A stretch of 7,932 nucleotides of DNA from Candidatus Iainarchaeum sp. GTDB taxonomy: Archaea; Iainarchaeota; Iainarchaeia; Iainarchaeales; CSSED10-239. The first letter of the stretch is position 1; each line of letters starts with the position of its first letter. The notes under the pieces are model-generated. The model did not search any database. It saw nothing but the letters and a program-made list of their open reading frames with translations, and was not told the DNA's origin. Location: assembly GCA_028700905.1 (NCBI GenBank), contig JAQVRT010000034.1, forward strand, positions 1 to 7,932. The letters are read 5' to 3'. The translations under genes and the position numbers were made by a program. Below, piece by piece: positions 1 to 6,017 of this stretch.

Positions 1-246
1 ACTGCTCTTGCTTTTATTTTCTCTCTTTATGCTTATAGAAAAGCTCCTTTCTATATTTTAGATGAAGTTGATGCTGCTTTAGATGATTATAATGCAGGAA
101 CTTTACTTAATTTTGTAAAAGAACTTTCAAAAGATACAACTATTATCTCTGTTTCTCACAATGGTGCCTTTGTCTCTGGTGCAGATCAGATTATTGGTGT
201 AACTTTAAAGGAACATACTTCTGTAATTGGTTTAAATTTAAAATAA
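1..246 (+). CDS. smc: C-terminal fragment of an SMC-family chromosome segregation ATPase (5' end lies outside the window)
   Basis: Frame 1 is open from base 1 to TAA at 244-246. Translation is TALAFIFSLYAYRKAPFYILDEVDAALDDYNAGTLLNFVKELSKDTTIISVSHNGAFVSGADQIIGVTLKEHTSVIGLNLK. It carries the SMC head Walker B/D-loop string FYILDEVDAALD and a downstream SH (H-loop-like) motif. Recognised from remembered family consensus; no search run. Confidence 0.8.
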   Translation, partial: TALAFIFSLYAYRKAPFYILDEVDAALDDYNAGTLLNFVKELSKDTTIISVSHNGAFVSGADQIIGVTLKEHTSVIGLNLK

Positions 247-614
247 ATTTTAGATAATTATATGCTATATTAAATATATAGATAATTAATCTTTATAGGT
301 TGGAGTTATCTTTATTCTGGAGAATGCTATATACTTTAAGGTATGGAGAAGAAAGTATGGAAGTTATAGTTTTTTTAATATCTATTATTAATCACAAGAA
401 ATATAATAAGGTTTTTAAATATAAGTAATTTTTTAACTATACATAATAAATAGATTCCTTTATAAATCTTTTTCTTCTTAAGATATATAATAACAAATCC
501 TTACAGTTAATAAGTTAATCAAAAATTAACTTCATTTAACTAAGATGATCTTACCTTCTTTTTCACCTTTTTTCCCCAAAAAACTTTAATAAAAATTTTA
601 TAATAAAAAAATAT

Positions 615-620
615 AAGGAG
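615..620 (+). promoter_or_regulatory. Shine-Dalgarno-like AAGGAG upstream of the 633 start codon
   Basis: AAGGAG at 615-620, 12 nt before ATG 633. The next gene has AGGA at 1442-1445, also 12 nt before its ATG at 1458. Confidence 0.45.
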
Positions 621-632
621 ATTTAAAGAATT

Positions 633-1442
633 ATGAAAAAATATATAAAAAATTTAATGTTTTTTATAGTATCTTCAGTAATCATAACTTTAGTTTTCTC
701 AAGCTCTCTTCAAGGCTCAAATTCAGTTATCTCTCTTCAAAATAACGTATACTTAACTGATAAAGCTATTGAAAAAGAGGTTGTTTTATACAATTTTCTA
801 TCTGAAGCTGTATACTTTGATATAAAGTTAAATACTTCTCCATTTACTTCAGATCTTTCTGTTGAAAAGGTACTTTTACTTCCAAATGAGTATAAAACAA
901 TAACTTATAAGTTATATCCTTTGAATAATTCTTTATCTCAAACTTATACTGCAAGTATAGAGACTTCTTTTGCAGGTAATAGATTTGTTGAATATTTTAC
1001 AATAAATCAAGTATTTAATAAAGATTGTCAAGATTTATCTTTAGATTTATCTTATGATAATTTAGAAGATGGTTCTATTAACTTAAAAATGTTATTTAGA
1101 AATTCTTCAAGTGAAAATAAATCTATAAAAATTACAGATATTACAGGTGTTAATTTAACTGAAGAAAAAGAAATAAATGTTTCAAATAATTCAGAATATT
1201 TATATAGTACTATATATTCAGAGTATGAAAATAAAATAAATGTAATCTACACTTGTAATAATTTAATATTTAATAAAGAAATTAATATTTTAGAAAATAA
1301 TCTTTTGTCAGGTTATTTTTCTCTTAAATTTATAGGAGATTTTTTAGATTCTATATATTTTAAAATACTTTTAGTTGTATTTTTAGTTGTTTTAGTTTTA
1401 TCTTTCTCAACAAGATACATAAGACATATAAATAAAAAATAA
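633..1442 (+). CDS. Secreted, C-terminally anchored surface protein with two beta-sandwich (CARDB/Ig-like) modules; function unknown
   Basis: 269-aa ORF from the track. N-terminal signal-like segment MKKYIKNLMFFIVSSVIITLVFSSSLQGS. C-terminal hydrophobic helix ILLVVFLVVLVLSF followed by the basic tail TRYIRHINKK. Alternating polar/hydrophobic beta-strand patterns (EKEVVLYNFLSEAVYFDIKL; LLPNEYKTITYKL; SINLKMLFRNSSSENKSIKITDI) resemble those in the next gene. Confidence 0.75.
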   Translation: MKKYIKNLMFFIVSSVIITLVFSSSLQGSNSVISLQNNVYLTDKAIEKEVVLYNFLSEAVYFDIKLNTSPFTSDLSVEKVLLLPNEYKTITYKLYPLNNSLSQTYTASIETSFAGNRFVEYFTINQVFNKDCQDLSLDLSYDNLEDGSINLKMLFRNSSSENKSIKITDITGVNLTEEKEINVSNNSEYLYSTIYSEYENKINVIYTCNNLIFNKEINILENNLLSGYFSLKFIGDFLDSIYFKILLVVFLVVLVLSFSTRYIRHINKK

Positions 1443-1457
1443 GGAAAATGATTAGAT

Positions 1458-3281
1458 ATGAATAAAAAATATTATTTATTTTTTGGAATAATTTTAGTGG
1501 TTTTAGCACTTTTAAGTGTAGGTGTTTTTTCAGAGCCTATAGACCAAATAAATGTTAGTTTTGAAAAAGAAAGTTATTCTATGATGGATGATGATACTTT
1601 AAAAATAAATTTTACAATTGAAAATAATAATTCAACATCTCAAGAAGTATTAGTGTATACTTTCTGTGATGAAGATGAACTTGAATGTGATTTTTCAAAA
1701 GTTTTCACATTTAATCAATTTTCTTCAATTGATAGTTCATTTACTATTAAATCTTTAGATGATGGTTCTTCAGATGTTACTTTCTTTGTAAAAGATATGA
1801 AAACAAACAGTATTAGAGATTATTCTTTAAGAATAGATGTTGATGATGATTCTGAAGATGGTAAGTTTGAAGTTGATTTATCAAGAACTTCTTATTGTAA
1901 TAATAATGCACAAGAAGTAATTTTAACTTTTGAAGATGTTTCAATGAATGATTTCTATAATCTTTCATTATCAAGTGATACAATTGTTGCAAATATTAAA
2001 GGTGGAAATAATAGATATTTAAAAGACGATGTAGAAATTCCTATTCAAATAGAAACTTTTAATGCAAGCACAGGTAGTCATTTAATTACTTTAACAATTT
2101 CAAATGATGAGATAACTTCAAAGAAAACATTTAATGTTTATGTTTCAGATTGTCAAGAAGTTTTAACTCCTGATTTTACAGTAGTTGGTGTTCAATCAAC
2201 AACTCATTTACTTACAAAAGGAGAAGAATATACTTTAGATTTTACAATTAAAAATACTTCTAATAAAAATAAACATATTTTTATATCTCAAGAATCAGAT
2301 AATTCTTTAGAAATTTCTTTTTCAAATAGAGAAGTTAAACTTGCTCCTTATGAATCAAAAGAAGTATCTATAACTTTCTTAGCAACTCAAGAAATTTCTT
2401 CAGGAGATTATCCTGTAAAGTTATCTTTCTTTGATGAAAGAACAACTACTACTAGAGACTTAAGATTTTTAGTACAACCAGAAAGTAATCTTGAAATAAG
2501 ACTGTTACAATCTTCTTTCCTTTTAGAGATTGGTAAATCTTATAATATTACTGCTGTTGTTGAAAATAAAGGAGATGTTTTAGAAACTATATATTTTGAT
2601 TTTATTTCTTCAAATGATATTAAAATCAATGATATGACTGAAAGAGTTACACTTTCTCCAAATACAACAATGACTGTTGTATTTAATGTTTCTGCTGGTA
2701 GAAATACTGTTGAGAAAAGCTCTCAAATTGAACTTATTGCATCTAATCAATCTAACTTTTCTGAAAGATTTGTTTTAAATGTAACTTCTTTTAGACAAAA
2801 AGATATTTTTAAAATTGAATTTTTATCTTTCCCTAAAGAACTTTCAGTTGATGTTAATGGTTCTAAAGATTTTTCATTTGAAGTTTATAACTTTGATGAT
2901 AAAGATATAACTATTTCAAGAATAGATATTGTTGGTCTTCCTCAAGAAATAAGTTATGAAATTGATCAATATACATATATTCCTAAAAAATCTTCAAGAG
3001 TAATTTCTGGAAAAATTATTTCAGGAGACATACCTGCTCAAGAATATGAAATCAGTTTTGTTTTCTATAGTAATTCTGGAGCTGTAACATCAAAGCCAGT
3101 AACTTTAAAAGTTAAAGATGCTTTAGTAGAATATAATGATGACGATGTAAACCCTATAACAGGTTTCTTTACATTATCTAAATCTATTTTACTTGGGATA
3201 ATATTTTTAGCTTTACTTTTAATAATTCTTCTTTCAACAGGAGTTATTAAAACAAAACATAAAAGTAGTGTTAGAAGTTAA
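1458..3281 (+). CDS. Large secreted, C-terminally anchored surface protein with about five ~100-aa beta-sandwich (CARDB/Ig-like) repeats; possible S-layer or adhesin-type glycoprotein
   Basis: 607-aa ORF. Signal-like N-terminus MNKKYYLFFGIILVVLALLSVGVFS. C-terminal helix ILLGIIFLALLLIILLSTGVI followed by the basic tail KTKHKSSVRS. A strand pattern x-phi-x-phi-x-phi-x-N recurs about every 100 aa (TLKINFTIENN, EYTLDFTIKNT, SYNITAVVENKGD, DFSFEVYNFDD), as does a later L-x-P-x(5)-phi-x-phi-x-phi strand (LAPYESKEVSITF, LSPNTTMTVVFNV, IPKKSSRVISGKI). About 14 N-x-S/T sequons by hand count. Confidence 0.8.
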   Translation: MNKKYYLFFGIILVVLALLSVGVFSEPIDQINVSFEKESYSMMDDDTLKINFTIENNNSTSQEVLVYTFCDEDELECDFSKVFTFNQFSSIDSSFTIKSLDDGSSDVTFFVKDMKTNSIRDYSLRIDVDDDSEDGKFEVDLSRTSYCNNNAQEVILTFEDVSMNDFYNLSLSSDTIVANIKGGNNRYLKDDVEIPIQIETFNASTGSHLITLTISNDEITSKKTFNVYVSDCQEVLTPDFTVVGVQSTTHLLTKGEEYTLDFTIKNTSNKNKHIFISQESDNSLEISFSNREVKLAPYESKEVSITFLATQEISSGDYPVKLSFFDERTTTTRDLRFLVQPESNLEIRLLQSSFLLEIGKSYNITAVVENKGDVLETIYFDFISSNDIKINDMTERVTLSPNTTMTVVFNVSAGRNTVEKSSQIELIASNQSNFSERFVLNVTSFRQKDIFKIEFLSFPKELSVDVNGSKDFSFEVYNFDDKDITISRIDIVGLPQEISYEIDQYTYIPKKSSRVISGKIISGDIPAQEYEISFVFYSNSGAVTSKPVTLKVKDALVEYNDDDVNPITGFFTLSKSILLGIIFLALLLIILLSTGVIKTKHKSSVRS

Positions 3282-3303
3282 ATTTACTTCTAACCTTTTT
3301 TTT
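3270..3303. terminator. Hairpin shared by two convergent genes, followed by a T8 run (candidate bidirectional terminator)
   Basis: Perfect 9-bp inverted repeat GTTAGAAGT (3270-3278) / ACTTCTAAC (3286-3294) with the 7-nt loop TAAATTT. The loop contains the TAA stop of the + gene (3279-3281). The right arm contains the TAG stop of the - gene (3290-3292). T8 at 3296-3303 follows on the + strand, and a T-rich tract follows on the - strand. Confidence 0.45.
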
Positions 3304-4903
3304 GTTCTAGAAGAATCTTCATATTTTGATTCATCTTTTCGATATTTTCATCAATTACAGCAATAAATTGTTGTTTGAATTTATCTATTTCTTTTATTTT
3401 ATCTTTTAATTCATCAACAAGTAGTTTACTTTTTTCTAAACTGTTTTTATAGTTTTCAATTTCAACCATTTTATCTTTAAACTCTTTAGTTATTGATGCT
3501 TGATATATTTTTAAAGATTGTTCTATTTTTGTATCAACTGACGCTACTAGTTCTTCTTCAAGTTTTCTAAGTTCTATAAGTTTTTTCTCTATTCTTTCTG
3601 GATCTGTTTTTGAAACAACTTCTTCTTTAATTTGGTTTAATTCTTTAAGTTCGTTTTCAATTTCTGATCTAATTGCAATTTTTGCTTTATGTAAAAACTC
3701 TGTTTTAACAGTTTCAAATCTTTCTTCATATCTATTTGCAAGTTTAATCTTAAAGTCTTCAAGTTCACTGATCTTATCATATATTTTTTTAGGATCAATT
3801 TGTGTTTTTATATCTTTTTGGAACTGTATTAATTTTTTAATTTCTGTTGCTAATGTGTTTTGAGTATTTTTAACAAGCCCTTCTGTTATTTTTGATTGAA
3901 GTGCAAGAGTACTATTAATTTCTTTAATTTTTTCATTAAGTTTAACAGTTGTTGTTGTAATTATTTTTGAAAGACTTTCTTCTGTTCTAGAAACTATTGA
4001 GTCTGTTCTTTTTTTAGTCTCTATAATATTATCTTTTAAATCTTTTTTTAATGATTCAAAATCTTTTGAAAGTTCTTGTATTTTTCCTTTATCATCTTCA
4101 ATTGTTTGTATTTTATTATTTATTTTTGCTTCTGCTATTTTTAATTTTGCAACTTCTGTTACAATTTTTGCATTTAACTTATCTGTTTCAGATGAAATAA
4201 TTTTACTGGTTACTTGTTTTGTTTCTTGTTGTGTTTTTTCTTGATATTTTTGGATATTATCCATTTCATTTTCTATTTTTAATTTAATTGCATCTTCAAT
4301 AGATTTTTGTTTATTTTCAAGTTCTGTTAATTTAGAGTTAATTGTTGCAAGAAGTCCTTTTTGCCAAACATCCCCAGTATTATTTACTTCTACTTGGTTT
4401 GGTTTTTCATTTGTTGTAACATATTTTTTATATAAATCTTCATTTTCATCTTCTTGATATTTTTTATAAAGATCAGGTTCTTCTTCTTTTTTTTCTTTTA
4501 GATCAATATCAAAACTTAATTCATCATTTTTTTCTTTTAAAGATATATTTTTTAATTTATTTAATTCTTTTGAAGTATCATCTTCTAAAATATCGTCTTC
4601 AGTATCGTTATTTATTGGAGAATCAATTATTTCTCCTTGATCATCTGAAAAGAAATCATCTGGTATTTCTTCTTTCTTTTTTGGAGTTGTTTCTTTTGTT
4701 TTTTCTTTTTTAGGTTTATCTTTTATTTCTTTAATTTTTGTTTGAAGTTCACTTTCTTCTTTTTCTTTGCCAGAATCATCTATTAATTTAGCACTTTCTT
4801 CAGGAGATAGACCTATGTTTACAAGGTTTTCGATTATTTCTTTATCAGGCATACCTAATGATTTTAATTTTCTGATATTTTCAATAATTCTTTGATCTGA
4901 CAT
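3290..4903 (-). CDS. Long coiled-coil protein with a small N-terminal three-helix (UBA-like) module and a charged low-complexity linker; function unknown
   Basis: 537-aa ORF with no hydrophobic segment. The N-terminus QRIIENIRKLKSLGMPDKEIIENLVNIGLSPEESAKLIDD looks like a helix-turn-helix-turn-helix module. Residues ~45-80 are K/E-rich and ~80-165 are D/E-rich, including DDFFSDD and a duplicated DLYKKY. From ~180 to the end it is heptad-like, K/E/I/L-rich sequence with no Pro or Gly breaks. The start is 4 nt downstream of the kinase stop codon. Confidence 0.75.
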   Translation of the reverse strand: MSDQRIIENIRKLKSLGMPDKEIIENLVNIGLSPEESAKLIDDSGKEKEESELQTKIKEIKDKPKKEKTKETTPKKKEEIPDDFFSDDQGEIIDSPINNDTEDDILEDDTSKELNKLKNISLKEKNDELSFDIDLKEKKEEEPDLYKKYQEDENEDLYKKYVTTNEKPNQVEVNNTGDVWQKGLLATINSKLTELENKQKSIEDAIKLKIENEMDNIQKYQEKTQQETKQVTSKIISSETDKLNAKIVTEVAKLKIAEAKINNKIQTIEDDKGKIQELSKDFESLKKDLKDNIIETKKRTDSIVSRTEESLSKIITTTTVKLNEKIKEINSTLALQSKITEGLVKNTQNTLATEIKKLIQFQKDIKTQIDPKKIYDKISELEDFKIKLANRYEERFETVKTEFLHKAKIAIRSEIENELKELNQIKEEVVSKTDPERIEKKLIELRKLEEELVASVDTKIEQSLKIYQASITKEFKDKMVEIENYKNSLEKSKLLVDELKDKIKEIDKFKQQFIAVIDENIEKMNQNMKILLEQKKG

Positions 4904-4907
4904 AATT

Positions 4908-5471
4908 TCACACTATGTTTTTTAATTTATTAATTATTTCTTTTGTAACTTTTTTAATTACTTGATTACCATTTATTTTTATTAATTTATTTTTTTCTTG
5001 ATAATGGTCAAGTACTTTTTTAGTTTTCTCAAAATAAATTTTAAGTCTTGTATTTATTACTTTTAAAGTATCATCTTCTCTTTTTCTTAAAAGTAATCTT
5101 TTCACACATTCTTTTTTAGGTAAATCAATGTATACTATACCTAAAAAATTATGATTTTCTTTATAGATATAATAATCAAGAACATGAGTTTGATTTAAAA
5201 GTCTTGGAAAACCATCTAGAATAATATTTTTTGATTTAATTTTATCTATTTTTTCAAAAGTAATTTTACATGTTATTTCAAAAGGAACCATTTCTCCTTT
5301 TTTCATCATTTCTTTTACCATTTTTGATTCTTTGTTATTTTTTTTAACAAATTCATGTAAAAGATCTGATTCTGTGATGTGTACATATTTTTTTTCTTTT
5401 GCAATTATTTCTGCTTGAGTACTTTTACCACTTCCTTGTGGCCCTAGGAAAATAAGAATGTTTTTTGCCAT
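4908..5471 (-). CDS. adk: Adenylate kinase / NMP kinase, short-LID type
   Basis: 187 aa. P-loop GPQGSGKSTQ at residues 10-19, LDGFPR motif, and short LID/core string RLLLRKREDDTLKVINTRLKIYFEKTKKVLDHY, which matches the R-x-x-R-x-DD...RL..Y...T..V..Y pattern of short adenylate/UMP-CMP kinases. Stop codon is TGA (4908-4910). Confidence 0.8.
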   Translation of the reverse strand: MAKNILIFLGPQGSGKSTQAEIIAKEKKYVHITESDLLHEFVKKNNKESKMVKEMMKKGEMVPFEITCKITFEKIDKIKSKNIILDGFPRLLNQTHVLDYYIYKENHNFLGIVYIDLPKKECVKRLLLRKREDDTLKVINTRLKIYFEKTKKVLDHYQEKNKLIKINGNQVIKKVTKEIINKLKNIV

Positions 5472-5570
5472 AAATATCTATCTTGATTGATTTTTCTATA
5501 ATAATATATAAAACAAATATAATATAAATTTAAGTATACTTATATATTTGTAATATTGCAATGATTTAAA

Positions 5571-5575
5571 AAGGT
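5571..5575 (+). promoter_or_regulatory. Shine-Dalgarno-like AAGGT upstream of ATG 5585
   Basis: AAGGT at 5571-5575, 9 nt before ATG 5585. It abuts the TTG at 5576 that the ORF track uses as the start, which argues for ATG 5585 as the real start. Confidence 0.4.
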
Positions 5576-5584
5576 TTGGTATTT

Positions 5585-5941
5585 ATGAATTTCTTAAATG
5601 ATAACAAAAAGTTAATTGAAAAAAATTTAATTTTTGTATCAACCTCTTCAAAGTTAGCAATACCACATGTTATTGTTTGCCAAGATTGTAAAGTTTTTGA
5701 AAATAAGCTTTTAATAACAGATAATTATATGGAAATAACTAAAAATAATATTTTGGAAAATGACAATATATCTTTATGTGTAGGTTCTTTAAAGAATGGT
5801 TTTCTTTATATCTCCGGAAAGGTAGATTATAAAACTTCTGGGAAATATTATAATTTTGTAAAAGATCTAAAAGAAAATAAAGGTTTTCCTTGTAAGGGTG
5901 TTTTGGTTATAACCTGTAAAAAAATAAACTTTGGTAAATAA
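5585..5941 (+). CDS. Small pyridoxamine-5'-phosphate-oxidase-like (FMN-binding split-barrel family) protein
   Basis: The track ORF is 5576-5941; I prefer the in-frame ATG at 5585, giving 118 aa. The pattern NLIFVSTSSKLAIPHVIVCQDCKVFENKLLITDNYMEITKNNILENDNISLCV...GFLYISGKVDY resembles the PNPOx-like family signature (lATv..dG.PhvvP......d.kl.i.d.....KT..Nl.eN..vsl.v ... G.a). This is remembered consensus and is unverified. Confidence 0.5.
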   Translation: MNFLNDNKKLIEKNLIFVSTSSKLAIPHVIVCQDCKVFENKLLITDNYMEITKNNILENDNISLCVGSLKNGFLYISGKVDYKTSGKYYNFVKDLKENKGFPCKGVLVITCKKINFGK

Positions 5942-5942
5942 A

Positions 5943-6017
5943 AGGCCGGTAGCGTAGCCAGGATAACGCACAAGCCTCCTAAGCTTGGGATCGTGGGTTC
6001 AAATCCCACCCGGTCTG
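5943..6017 (+). tRNA. tRNA-Arg, anticodon CCU (reads AGG); no encoded CCA
   Basis: Hand-folded cloverleaf of 75 nt.
- Acceptor AGGCCGG (5943-5949) pairs with CCGGTCT (6010-6016), with one G-U pair.
- Positions 8-9 are TA.
- D stem GCGT/ACGC with loop AGCCAGGATA (contains GG).
- Anticodon stem CAAGC/GCTTG with loop CT-CCT-AA.
- 5-nt variable loop GGATC.
- T stem GTGGG/CCCAC with loop TTCAAAT.
- Discriminator G at 6017.
- The A1:U72 pair is somewhat unusual. Confidence 0.9.

Noticed and set aside
343-369. Mini-ORF ATGGAGAAGAAAGTATGGAAGTTATAG (8 codons) in the long spacer
   Set aside because: It is too short to support, has no RBS at a sensible distance and has no conservation evidence. It is better treated as part of the repeat-containing island.
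583-604. TATA-box-like or -10-like promoter elements (CTTTAATAAAAATTTTATAATA) upstream of the surface-protein genes, and similar boxes in other spacers
   Set aside because: Nearly every intergenic 8-mer here resembles a TATA box or a -10 element. They cannot be told apart from background without transcription-start data, so none is annotated.
4440-4760. Apparent low-complexity T/C-rich DNA repeats (ttcttt, tttttc) that might suggest a tandem repeat or CRISPR-like array
   Set aside because: This is the antisense of K/E/D-rich coding sequence in an intact long ORF. There is no regular repeat-spacer periodicity, and no CRISPR-like array occurs anywhere in the window.
4908-4910. Possible alternative genetic code, with TGA read as a sense codon
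   Set aside because: TGA ends the kinase exactly at the expected family length, 4 nt before the next start codon. Trp is encoded by TGG where I checked it, for example in aspS. The other ORF stops I checked are TAA or TAG. There is therefore no sign of recoding.
5532-5541. Perfect 10-bp palindrome AAGTATACTT, and nearby TGTAATATTGCA, in the adk/PNPOx divergent promoter region
   Set aside because: All-A/T-rich palindromes of this length are expected many times by chance in DNA of this composition. There is no second copy and no positional argument.
5576-5584. TTG at 5576 as the start of the PNPOx-like CDS, as in the ORF track
   Set aside because: The TTG directly abuts the AAGGT Shine-Dalgarno-like sequence. 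The in-frame ATG at 5585 has proper 9-nt spacing, so ATG 5585 is preferred, though this is not proven.
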